A stretch of DNA of 9,487 nucleotides, taken from IMG/VR virus record IMGVR_UViG_2534681766_000004, one strand, 5' to 3'. Every line of letters begins with the position of its first letter. Position 1 is the stretch's first letter. The stretch comes from a virus. Taxonomy: Duplodnaviria; Heunggongvirae; Uroviricota; Caudoviricetes. The position numbers were made by a program, and so were the translations under genes. The notes beneath the pieces were generated by a model. The model was not told the DNA's origin, ran no database searches, and saw only the letters and a program-made list of their open reading frames with translations. Below are positions 1 through 7,289 of this stretch, in pieces.

Positions 1-21
1 TGAGGCAGGGAAACGCATGCA

Positions 22-54
22 AAGCCATGCACCTTATCGATGCATGGCTTTTTT
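22..54. terminator. Hairpin terminator just 3' of psu, possibly bidirectional
   Basis: Perfect 10-bp inverted repeat aagccatgca / tgcatggctt (22-31 and 41-50) with a 9-nt loop, followed by TTTTTT at 49-54 on the + strand. On the minus strand it lies just downstream of the psu stop at 85-87. Confidence 0.4.
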
Positions 55-84
55 CAGTAAAAACGGGCGGATTTTCGGGGAATT

Positions 85-642
85 TTACACAGACTGACGT
101 GATGCCAGTTGCGCACTTTTACGCGAAAAAATCATGTTCTGCGCAGGAGTGAATTTTTCACGGCTGTCATCCACCGAAGCCGCGTCAGGCCTGAATCCGA
201 TGGCCGTTAAAATGTCGCTATCCTGTACGGAATAATTAATTTTTTCACCCTTCGCAAGCCAGGACAGAAGGGCTTCACGCAGGGCATCTGTGGCACGCTG
301 TATGGCACAGTTTCGGGCAATGGCCGTCAGCTCACTGTAGCCCATCAGCTCCGGTGCCAGTGCCGCCGCCAGTGCTGTGCCGTGCTGCTGCATAAAATCA
401 TTCAGCCGGTCGCGGATGCTGATGTGCTGAACGGCTTCATGCGAACGAATATAACGACCAGCGGCCTGATTCACCTGCCATTTTCTGACTTCGATAATAT
501 TGCGTAATTCGTCCAGGCGACTGACGTTTCTGCCTTCTCCTGACAGAAGCCGCAGATATTCCTGTTCGGCCGCTGCCAGCTCATTTTTGCGTTGCAGCCA
601 TGCTGCTTTGTTATTCTGACAGGTGTCAAAGGCCTGCTGTAG
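85..642 (-). pseudogene. psu: Polarity suppression protein Psu homolog, 5'-truncated with no in-frame canonical start codon
   Basis: The minus-strand frame is open from 666 down to the stop at 85-87. From codon 640-642 it reads LQQAFDTCQNNKAAWLQRKNELAAAEQEYLRLLSGEGRNVSRLDELRNIIEVRKWQVNQAAGRYIRS..., which I recognise as Psu-like. Upstream of 642 the frame runs into antisense alpha-derived sequence and hits a stop at 667-669 with no ATG/GTG/TTG; the first possible start is the internal GTG at 472-474 (the 129-aa ORF in the track). Confidence 0.55.
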
Positions 643-736
643 CCCCGCAGGAGCGCGACCCGCAGCTTAAGGACAAAATCACCCGCGAGCTGGCGGTCAT
701 CGTGCGTCACCTGATGCAGAAGTTCAGCGACCCGAT
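640..736 (+). repeat. Ectopic 97-bp exact copy of an internal alpha gene segment, overlying the delta/psu junction
   Basis: 640-736 is base-for-base identical to 6399-6495 in the same orientation (compared by hand). The flanking bases differ on both sides: 639 g vs 6398 a, and 737 t vs 6496 g. Confidence 0.9.
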
Positions 737-1212
737 TGTGTTTTTAACCGTACTGGCGGCAGTTCCTGTTTTTCATGCAGGCGTTCTGCCAGTTCGTCCG
801 GTGTGACCGGGCGGACAATGAAGCGGTTGATGGTCTGAAGCGTTTTAAACACCAGACCACAGCCCGGATCCGTGCACACATAAAAACGCTCGGTGACTTC
901 CTGAGACAGACGCCGCGATGTTCTTGACAGCGCAAGGCCTTTACATCTCCGACAACAATATCCGGTAACAAGCATTCTTTTCGGGCGTTTCATGCTACCG
1001 GAGGCTGACGTCAGTGAATCGCGGTATCTCTGTTTGCCTGAAATGTATTCCATTCCTGAATCTTTACAGTCAGAGAAAAAGCTTTCACTCGCTTCAAATG
1101 TCGCAGAGCAATAAATATTCCGGCACTGTGCAATCATTATCTTGGTGCCATCGTCCATGAAATGTGCGCGACGGGTGTGAGCAACATGTCCACACGACGG
1201 GCAGTAAATCAT
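724..1212 (-). CDS. delta: Delta late-gene transcriptional activator (tandem Ogr-like zinc-finger protein), C-terminus altered
   Basis: 162-aa ORF with two Ogr-type C-x2-C-x22-C-x4-C zinc-finger units (MIYCPSCGH...CRNIYC and YCCRRCKG...CTDPGC). Its ATG at 1210-1212 overlaps the sid stop (ATGA). The last codons and the stop (724-736) lie inside the alpha-derived 97-bp segment. Confidence 0.8.
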   Translation of the reverse strand: MIYCPSCGHVAHTRRAHFMDDGTKIMIAQCRNIYCSATFEASESFFSDCKDSGMEYISGKQRYRDSLTSASGSMKRPKRMLVTGYCCRRCKGLALSRTSRRLSQEVTERFYVCTDPGCGLVFKTLQTINRFIVRPVTPDELAERLHEKQELPPVRLKTQSGR

Positions 1213-1943
1213 GACAGCAGTCCTCTGGCCTTAAGCTCTGCTCCCTGCTGGTCTATTTTGTCCTGCCACACCTTGCGCTGTGCCGGTGTGCCTGCCACCT
1301 CATAATCCATGTGCGGGAGTGTTGCCGCTGACAGTCCGGTCAGCCGGAGAACCGGCTCGCCGGTGAGGCTGATTTGCATCTGTTTTATTTTCTGTTCCAG
1401 CGATGATTTCACCTGCTGCATGACAGCTTTATCGGGTGCGACGTAGCCCTGATGCCCGGTGGTGTTGGCGAGCGGATTTTCCTGTACCAGAATGCTCAGA
1501 TGCATTGCCCGGACAAGCGCCTCACAGGTTTCATTCAGGGCGTGTTCCAGCTCATGCTCTGCATACAGACTCAGCAGGTGATGATGTGCCTTCCGGTAGG
1601 CGGTGGCCGTGCTGTCACACGCCCCTTTCAGGCGTTCACGTTCGAAATTCAGCACCACGGCCAGATTGTCATATTCCTGTACCAGCTCCCGGCGTGCCAC
1701 GCGCTCAATGTGGCGCTGTTTCAGCTCGTCGCTCAGGACACCACCGGCTGCACGAAAGGCCGTGCGCCAGTCGTCAGCGTCGTTTCCGTCGGCCTGCGCC
1801 AGCGCATTTTTTTCCTGCTCTGCCCGTTCAATGGCCGTGACGGTCTCATCCATCAGGCGGGCGTTCTCAAGATGGGCGGCTCTGGCCTTTTCCAGTTGTG
1901 CCAGCGCGGGTTGCAGATATTCAGGGATGGTGTTGTCAGACAT
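1209..1943 (-). CDS. sid: Sid external scaffold (capsid size determination) protein
   Basis: Minus-strand ORF. The ATG at 1941-1943 gives 244 aa starting MSDNTIPEYLQPALAQLEKARAAHL..., preceded by a GAGGAG-like Shine-Dalgarno. The protein is coiled-coil-like and alanine/glutamate-rich. The 266-aa version in the ORF track is an upstream in-frame extension. Confidence 0.85.
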   Translation of the reverse strand: MSDNTIPEYLQPALAQLEKARAAHLENARLMDETVTAIERAEQEKNALAQADGNDADDWRTAFRAAGGVLSDELKQRHIERVARRELVQEYDNLAVVLNFERERLKGACDSTATAYRKAHHHLLSLYAEHELEHALNETCEALVRAMHLSILVQENPLANTTGHQGYVAPDKAVMQQVKSSLEQKIKQMQISLTGEPVLRLTGLSAATLPHMDYEVAGTPAQRKVWQDKIDQQGAELKARGLLS

Positions 1944-1968
1944 TTTCCGGCTCCTCGTCACTTCAGGT

Positions 1969-2033
1969 TGAGAAAATTGTGACGTACACCGGACAACAAC
2001 ACGACGCATTGCAGATGTGCCAGCCCTGACACA
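1969..2033 (-). promoter_or_regulatory. Psid-like late promoter with two Delta/Ogr-type TGT-N12-ACA boxes
   Basis: TGT-gacgtacaccgg-ACA at 1978-1995 and TGT-gccagccctgac-ACA at 2016-2033, centres about 38 bp apart, directly upstream of sid on the minus strand. P2/P4 late promoters use TGT-N12-ACA activator sites. Confidence 0.5.
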
Positions 2034-2112
2034 GGAGACTCATCCTCAGACCGGCAAGCCAGGAAAAGGTCGCAGGAAAAACCGGCTTACTGTTTGTTTT
2101 TTTATATTTTAC

Positions 2113-2216
2113 TGTTCACCTCTGTTAACCATAAGAAAAAAGATAAGTAATACAGTAAGTTAAAGGGTGAACAATCGCAGTAATGACTGTTCACCGTCTG
2201 TTCACCACTGTTCACC
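2113..2216. repeat. Replication origin (ori1-like) iteron cluster, alpha-binding TGTTCACC octamers
   Basis: TGTTCACC at 2113-2120, 2188-2195, 2199-2206 and 2209-2216; the variant TGTTAACC at 2123-2130; the reverse-complement GGTGAACA at 2166-2173. The region is AT-rich and non-coding, about 4.8 kb from the crr repeats downstream of alpha. Confidence 0.7.
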
Positions 2217-2351
2217 CGTTGATGGGCTTTTTATGCTGTTTATTACTGTTTATTTTTATTAATTCACTGAAATAAATAAGAAAAAACAATTTGCATTTCA
2301 CTATAAAAAATTCCAGTTCCTTCAGAACCCTTTGAGACCCTTCCAGTCCGG

Positions 2352-2543
2352 ATGGATAAAAAACACACAGCCATTGTAAGGTTGCCGGAACAAATTCCCC
2401 CTGTTGCGTCTGCTGAAAATATTCACAAAATAAAGCGCTACCCGAAGCCGGACGGACTTATCCGGTGCTGTATGGACATTAACGAGGTAGCCCGATGCAA
2501 GCTGTTTTTTCTTCCCCGTCTCCCGCCCCTGTTACGCCACTGA
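2352..2543 (+). CDS. Hypothetical small protein (63 aa); may instead be untranslated leader or immunity region
   Basis: ORF in the track with no convincing Shine-Dalgarno; it overlaps the better-supported downstream gene by 49 bp in another frame. Confidence 0.2.
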   Translation: MDKKHTAIVRLPEQIPPVASAENIHKIKRYPKPDGLIRCCMDINEVARCKLFFLPRLPPLLRH

Positions 2544-2761
2544 TGCCGCTGCCGGACATCACGCAGGAGCGTTTTTTACGTCTGCCGGAAGTGATGCACC
2601 TGTGCGGCCTGTCACGCTCGACCATCTATGAACTCATCCGTAAGGGGGAATTTCCGCCGCAGGGGAGTCTTGGCGGTAAAAATGTGGCCTGGCTGCACTC
2701 TGAAGTCACCGCATGGATGGCCGGGCGCATTGCCGGACGCAAACGGGGGTACGACGCATGA
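2495..2761 (+). CDS. AlpA/Vis-family small helix-turn-helix regulator (88 aa)
   Basis: Contains [28 protein letters not shown], typical of the AlpA / phage excisionase-like HTH family. GAGGT Shine-Dalgarno 6 nt before the ATG at 2495. Its stop overlaps the next ATG (ATGA at 2758-2761). Confidence 0.75.
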   Translation: MQAVFSSPSPAPVTPLMPLPDITQERFLRLPEVMHLCGLSRSTIYELIRKGEFPPQGSLGGKNVAWLHSEVTAWMAGRIAGRKRGYDA

Positions 2762-3348
2762 TGATGCCCGCTCTGCAAAAACTCCCTTTTTCTGGCTTGC
2801 CTTTTTCCGGCATTTGCGGATATAGTTTTTCCGCTGCCGCAAAATCGGCAGCCGGGCGTGAGAACCCGAGTATGTTATCGGCGACATATGACGCGCCATG
2901 CGTCTTTTTTTGTGTCGCAATCAACGCCACAGAGCGCCAGATTATGGTGTGGCGTGTGGTTTGCCGTGCAGGTATGATCCTGTTCGCAATCGCATGTTAT
3001 GCCACTGAGTCAATGGTAGCTCAGGCGGGGCAGCCTCCGGGCTGGCCGGTATCCGATAACGCCGGTATTCTCACCCCCGTCTGGGCTATCGCCATCGAGC
3101 GTGAGAACTCCGGCGATAGCGTCATTTACGCTGTTATCGGAGGTTGCCTTATGGCTACGACCCTTACCCCCTCACACCCTGAATTTGTCTTTGTGTTTGC
3201 GGCTGTCCGTCGCGCAGACCGTCATCCCCGTATCTGTATGCTTCGCACCGTCGCCGGTGATGAACGCAGCGCCCGCCGTTCCCTTGTCCGTGACTATGTG
3301 CTCTCCCTTGCTGCCCGTCTGCCGGTGGTGGAGGTGTCCCGTGCGTAA
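2758..3348 (+). CDS. Hypothetical protein (about 196 aa)
   Basis: ATG at 2758 overlaps the stop of the upstream gene, and its own stop overlaps the next start (GTGCGTAA). The composition of this frame is more protein-like than the overlapping +2 frame (3101-3340), which is P/L/S/C/R/W-rich. Confidence 0.5.
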   Translation: MMMPALQKLPFSGLPFSGICGYSFSAAAKSAAGRENPSMLSATYDAPCVFFCVAINATERQIMVWRVVCRAGMILFAIACYATESMVAQAGQPPGWPVSDNAGILTPVWAIAIERENSGDSVIYAVIGGCLMATTLTPSHPEFVFVFAAVRRADRHPRICMLRTVAGDERSARRSLVRDYVLSLAARLPVVEVSRA

Positions 3349-3628
3349 TAAAAAAGCCCCTCAGACCGTCTCAGCGCGTCATGACGCCCGTGAACACCTC
3401 AGCATTGAGGCTTACCATAAGCTCAACCGCGCCAGCGCCGTATCCCGGTTTGTTGGGGGTGATTTGATTCACCGTGAACTCTCCGGCCTGCATCAGCTCT
3501 ACATTCCGCATATTTTCAGCTACCTGAATGAAGATATTGATTTTGTGCTGAATGAACTGAAAGCCAAAGGCCTGTGCCGCGATTTTCTCGCCCAGCAGAA
3601 AGACCGGGGAGACAGGACGCATGTTTGA
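3341..3628 (+). CDS. Hypothetical small protein (95 aa, GTG start); position and size would fit a P4 epsilon-type gene, not verified
   Basis: GGAGG Shine-Dalgarno 7 nt upstream of the GTG at 3341. There is no internal Met, so the start must be non-ATG. Its stop overlaps the next ATG (ATGTTTGA). Confidence 0.5.
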   Translation: MRNKKAPQTVSARHDAREHLSIEAYHKLNRASAVSRFVGGDLIHRELSGLHQLYIPHIFSYLNEDIDFVLNELKAKGLCRDFLAQQKDRGDRTHV

Positions 3629-4076
3629 TTTTCCCCAGCCCGGTGAGATTTACCGTTCTGCCGGTTTTCCCGATGTGGCCGTGGTCGGCATTCTGGAAGA
3701 CGGTATTCCGTGGGAAATGCCGTACCGCTGCCCGGAAATTGTCTGGAACCCGTACCGCCGTAAATTCAGTATCCTTGTGCGTATCCTCGCCGACGGGCGC
3801 ACCACAGACATCCCGCTGGGGCGTTTTCTGCGGGAATTTACCTGTGACCGTCCTGACCTGTTTAAACGCAGCCCCGTAAACCGGCATGCGGTACTGAAAG
3901 AAATGGCCGGAGACCCGGAATTACAGAAATGGCGGGAGAAATATCTGGATATTTACCCGCAGGACCCTGTTCCGGTCAGCCGGGCGGCACCGGTGGCGCG
4001 GGAATGGCGGGAAATTCCCCGCACGGAGCCTGACCCGGAAACCACCCCGGATAACAGTTACCGCAATTATCTGTAA
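3621..4076 (+). CDS. Hypothetical protein (151 aa), orf151-like
   Basis: ATG at 3621 is coupled to the upstream stop. The length equals the P4 orf151 that sits upstream of alpha in my recollection; function unknown. Confidence 0.6.
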   Translation: MFDFPQPGEIYRSAGFPDVAVVGILEDGIPWEMPYRCPEIVWNPYRRKFSILVRILADGRTTDIPLGRFLREFTCDRPDLFKRSPVNRHAVLKEMAGDPELQKWREKYLDIYPQDPVPVSRAAPVAREWREIPRTEPDPETTPDNSYRNYL

Positions 4077-4211
4077 TTAAAAAACGACCCCCGAAAAATT
4101 AAATGTGCGTATTCGCGCAGGGATACGCACGTCTTCAGGAGACGCAGATATGCCTTATCAGTTAATGCAACCGGCACGGAATGCAGTCATCTGTCACAGG
4201 GAGGAAAACAA

Positions 4212-4532
4212 ATGAAAACACCCTTACCGCCCGTCTTACGCGCTGCCCTTTACCGTCGCGCTGTCGCCTGTGCCTGGCTGACCGTGTGCGAACGTCAGCA
4301 CCGCTACCCGCATCTCACCCTTGAGTCACTGGAGGCGGCCATCGCCGCTGAGCTGGAAGGCTTTTATCTGCGCCAGCACGGTGAGGAAAAAGGGCGTCAG
4401 ATAGCCTGTGCCCTGCTGGAAGATTTAATGGAATCCGGCCCCCTGAAGGCCGCGCCGTCGCTGTCCTTTCTCGGGCTGGTTGTGATGGATGAACTCTGTG
4501 CCCGTCACATAAAAGCGCCGGTACTGCACTGA
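4212..4532 (+). CDS. Hypothetical protein (106 aa)
   Basis: GGGAGG Shine-Dalgarno about 7 nt upstream of the ATG at 4212; it ends 14 bp before the alpha start. Confidence 0.6.
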
Positions 4533-4546
4533 AGGAGAACTACACC

Positions 4547-6880
4547 ATGAAAATGAACGTAACCGCCACCGTCAGTCATGCGCTCGGCCACTGGCCGCGT
4601 ATTCTCCCGGCGCTGGGGATTCAGGTGCTGAAAAACCGTCATCAGCCCTGTCCGGTCTGTGGCGGGAGTGACCGCTTCCGTTTTGATGACAGGGAGGGGC
4701 GCGGCACCTGGTACTGCAATCAGTGTGGTGCCGGTGACGGCCTGAAACTGGTTGAAAAGGTGTTTGGTGTCTCCCCGTCCGACGCGGCCACAAAGGTGGC
4801 TGCCGTGACCGGCAGCCTGCCCCCGGCTGACCCGGCAGTGACGGCTGCCGCCGGTGCTGAAACAGACGCTGCCCGGAAGAACGCCGCCGCACTGGCACAA
4901 ACCCTGATGGCGAAAACCCGTCCCGGAACCGGTAACGCCTACCTGACCCGCAAGGGCTTTCCCGGCCGGGAATGCCGGATGCTGACCGGCACACACAGAG
5001 CCGGTGGCGTGAGCTGGCGTGCCGGTGACCTTGTGGTGCCACTGTATGACGACAGCGGCGAACTGGTTAACCTTCAGTTAATCAGTGCTGACGGCCGTAA
5101 GCGCACCCTGAAAGGCGGGCAGGTCAGGGGCACCTGTCACATCCTTGAAGGACAGAATCAGGCCGGAAAACGTCTGTGGATAGCGGAGGGATACGCGACC
5201 GCACTTACCGTGCATCACCTGACCGGTGAAACGGTGATGGTGGCGCTTTCTTCCGTGAATCTCCTTTCTCTGGCCAGCCTTGCCCGGCAGAAGCATCCGG
5301 CCTGTCAGATTGTCCTTGCTGCTGACCGTGACCTCAGCGGTGACGGCCAGAAAAAAGCCGCCGCAGCCGCAGATGCGTGTGAAGGTGTTGTTGCCCTGCC
5401 GCCGGTCTTCGGTGACTGGAATGATGCCTTCACGCAGTACGGCGGGGAAGCCACCCGTAAGGCCATTTATGATGCCATCCGGCCACCGGCTGAAAGCCCG
5501 TTCGACACCATGAGCGAAGCGGAGTTTTCCGCCATGAGTACCAGCGAAAAGGCCATGCGTATCTATGAGCATTACGGCGAGGCGCTCGCGGTCGATGCCA
5601 ACGGCCAGCTTCTGTCCCGCTATGAAAATGGTGTCTGGAAGGTGCTGCCGCCACAGGACTTTGCCCGGGATGTGGCCGGGCTGTTTCAGCGTCTGCGCGC
5701 GCCGTTCTCCTCCGGGAAGGTGGCCTCCGTGGTGGACACCCTGAAGCTGATTATTCCGCAGCAGGAAGCCCCCTCCCGCCGCCTGATTGGCTTTCGTAAC
5801 GGCGTGCTCGACACGCAGAACGGCACGTTCCACCCGCACAGTCCGTCACACTGGATGCGCACCCTGTGCGATGTGGATTTCACCCCGCCGGTGGACGGTG
5901 AAACGCTGGAGACCCACGCCCCCGCGTTCTGGCGCTGGCTTGACCGTGCCGCCGGTGGCCGTGCGGAAAAACGCGACGTGATTCTGGCCGCACTGTTTAT
6001 GGTGCTGGCAAACCGCTACGACTGGCAGCTCTTTCTGGAGGTGACCGGTCCCGGCGGCAGCGGCAAAAGTATCATGGCCGAAATAGCCACCCTGCTGGCC
6101 GGGGAGGATAACGCCACGTCGGCCACCATTGAGACGCTGGAATCCCCGCGTGAACGTGCCGCGTTAACTGGCTTCTCACTGATACGCCTGCCGGACCAGG
6201 AAAAATGGAGCGGCGACGGAGCCGGACTCAAGGCCATCACCGGCGGCGATGCAGTGTCCGTTGACCCGAAATACCGGGATGCGTACTCCACGCACATCCC
6301 GGCGGTGATTCTGGCCGTGAACAATAACCCGATGCGCTTCACCGACCGCAGCGGCGGCGTGTCACGCCGGCGGGTGATTATTCACTTCCCGGAACAGATA
6401 GCCCCGCAGGAGCGCGACCCGCAGCTTAAGGACAAAATCACCCGCGAGCTGGCGGTCATCGTGCGTCACCTGATGCAGAAGTTCAGCGACCCGATGCTCG
6501 CCCGGTCACTGCTTCAGTCCCAGCAGAACTCAGACGAGGCACTGAACATCAAACGGGATGCCGACCCGACGTTTGATTTTATCGGCTATCTGGAAACCCT
6601 GCCGCAGACCAGCGGCATGTATATGGGGAACGCCAGTATCATCCCGCGTAATTACCGTAAATACCTCTATCACGCCTATCTGGCCTACATGGAGGCAAAC
6701 GGCTACCGGAATGTACTCAGTCTGAAAATGTTCGGGCTGGGGCTACCGGTGATGCTGAAGGAATACGGACTGAATTACGAGAAGCGCCATACCAAACAGG
6801 GGATACAGACCAACCTGACGCTGAAAGAGGAAAGCTACGGCGACTGGCTGCCAAAATGTGACGACCCTGCAACAACCTGA
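4547..6880 (+). CDS. alpha: Alpha protein: bifunctional DNA primase / helicase with C-terminal origin-binding domain
   Basis: 777-aa ORF with an AAGGAG Shine-Dalgarno. N-terminal zinc-binding primase motif CPVCGGSDRFRFDD...WYCNQCG; a Toprim-like segment; Walker A GPGGSGKS; the conserved RRRVIIHFP...DPQLKDKITRELAVIV motif typical of D5/P4-type primase-helicases. Antisense ORFs inside it are GC-rich noise. Confidence 0.95.
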   Translation: MKMNVTATVSHALGHWPRILPALGIQVLKNRHQPCPVCGGSDRFRFDDREGRGTWYCNQCGAGDGLKLVEKVFGVSPSDAATKVAAVTGSLPPADPAVTAAAGAETDAARKNAAALAQTLMAKTRPGTGNAYLTRKGFPGRECRMLTGTHRAGGVSWRAGDLVVPLYDDSGELVNLQLISADGRKRTLKGGQVRGTCHILEGQNQAGKRLWIAEGYATALTVHHLTGETVMVALSSVNLLSLASLARQKHPACQIVLAADRDLSGDGQKKAAAAADACEGVVALPPVFGDWNDAFTQYGGEATRKAIYDAIRPPAESPFDTMSEAEFSAMSTSEKAMRIYEHYGEALAVDANGQLLSRYENGVWKVLPPQDFARDVAGLFQRLRAPFSSGKVASVVDTLKLIIPQQEAPSRRLIGFRNGVLDTQNGTFHPHSPSHWMRTLCDVDFTPPVDGETLETHAPAFWRWLDRAAGGRAEKRDVILAALFMVLANRYDWQLFLEVTGPGGSGKSIMAEIATLLAGEDNATSATIETLESPRERAALTGFSLIRLPDQEKWSGDGAGLKAITGGDAVSVDPKYRDAYSTHIPAVILAVNNNPMRFTDRSGGVSRRRVIIHFPEQIAPQERDPQLKDKITRELAVIVRHLMQKFSDPMLARSLLQSQQNSDEALNIKRDADPTFDFIGYLETLPQTSGMYMGNASIIPRNYRKYLYHAYLAYMEANGYRNVLSLKMFGLGLPVMLKEYGLNYEKRHTKQGIQTNLTLKEESYGDWLPKCDDPATT
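6399..6495 (+). repeat. Native copy, inside alpha, of the 97-bp segment duplicated at 640-736
   Basis: Identical to 640-736. Here it is in frame within alpha and encodes a conserved primase-helicase motif (APQERDPQLKDKITRELAVIVRHLMQKFSDP), so this is the original and the copy at 640-736 is the ectopic one. Confidence 0.9.
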
Positions 6881-6896
6881 CCCTCATGACTCATCT

Positions 6897-6921
6897 GACC
6901 GGCATCTGCCGGTCTTTTTTT
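6897..6921 (+). terminator. Rho-independent terminator of the alpha operon
   Basis: Stem gaccggc (6897-6903) pairs with gccggtc (6908-6914) around a 4-nt loop, followed by TTTTTTT at 6915-6921, 17 bp after the alpha stop. Confidence 0.6.
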
Positions 6922-6939
6922 ATCCCGATATCCCCCGCA

Positions 6940-7240
6940 GGTGAACAATCCACTGTTCACCCTTCACCGTATATTCACCCGTTATCATACTGAAATTAAA
7001 AGAGAAAAACGAAAGGTGAACAGTGTGAACAATCAAATCAAAAAAAACTTTTTTTCTCCCTGTGTGATTTCAGTACGGGGGATTAATCACCGGTATGAGT
7101 CACACCGGCAGAATGCCGGAGGTGAAGAATCGAATGTTCACCCTTCACCCATTATTCACCACCTATCATACTGAAATAAAAGGAGAAAACAGAAAGGTGA
7201 ACAGTGTGAACAGTTCTTTCGAAAAAAAAATTTTTTCCTG
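6940..7240. repeat. crr (cis replication region): two direct repeats of about 108 bp carrying TGTTCACC / GGTGAACA iterons
   Basis: Repeat 1 (about 6953-7062) and repeat 2 (about 7134-7240) align closely (..tgttcacccttcacc..tcatactgaaat..aaaggtgaacagtgtgaaca..poly-A/T). Each carries several octamers matching the ori iterons. The 77-aa ORF at 6941-7174 is a translation of these repeats. Confidence 0.75.
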
Positions 7241-7289
7241 TACGATATAGCATCAATCCAAGTAAAAATGCGCTTTCATTTCACATTAA

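Noticed and set aside
600-806. + strand 68-aa ORF (600-806) and minus-strand 79-aa ORF (471-710)
   Set aside because: Both exist only because they read through the ectopic alpha fragment; the shared peptide APQERDPQLKDKITRELAVIVRHLMQKFSDP is a copy of alpha sequence, not an independent gene.
744-971. Minus-strand 75-aa ORF overlapping delta in another frame
   Set aside because: It is embedded within delta, whose frame carries the zinc-finger motifs.
1436-1982. Three + strand ORFs (1436-1840, 1452-1982, 1603-1971) overlapping sid
   Set aside because: They are antisense to a well-supported gene and have Arg/Pro/Ser/Cys-rich, low-complexity translations typical of GC-rich non-coding frames.
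2495-2543. Alternative start of the AlpA/Vis-like gene at the ATG at 2543 (72 aa)
   Set aside because: The ATG at 2495 has a well-spaced GAGGT Shine-Dalgarno while 2543 has none; the shorter version remains possible.
2612-2930. Minus-strand ORFs 2612-2920 and 2706-2930, and + strand ORF 2628-2825
   Set aside because: They overlap the coupled + strand genes and have basic, low-complexity translations; the + strand operon structure explains the region better.
3101-3340. N-terminal extension of the 95-aa gene (175-aa ORF from 3101)
   Set aside because: The extension is Pro/Leu/Ser/Cys/Trp-rich and overlaps the more protein-like frame of the upstream gene; a GTG with a GGAGG Shine-Dalgarno at 3341 is the better start.
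3371-3887. Minus-strand ORFs 3371-3622 and 3516-3887, and + strand ORF 3574-3879
   Set aside because: They are antisense or out of frame relative to the coupled + strand genes and lack start-site support.
4505-6342. Minus-strand ORFs inside alpha (4505-4996, 4572-5042, 5078-5839, 5430-5654, 5686-5883, 6016-6342) and small + strand ORFs at 5280-5513 and 5787-5981
   Set aside because: All lie within the 777-aa alpha reading frame, which has clear primase and helicase motifs; their compositions are Arg/Gly/Pro-rich frame noise.
6941-7174. 77-aa + strand ORF spanning crr
   Set aside because: It is a translation of the iteron direct repeats (its sequence repeats itself); the region is AT-rich, non-coding and begins at a GTG inside an iteron.
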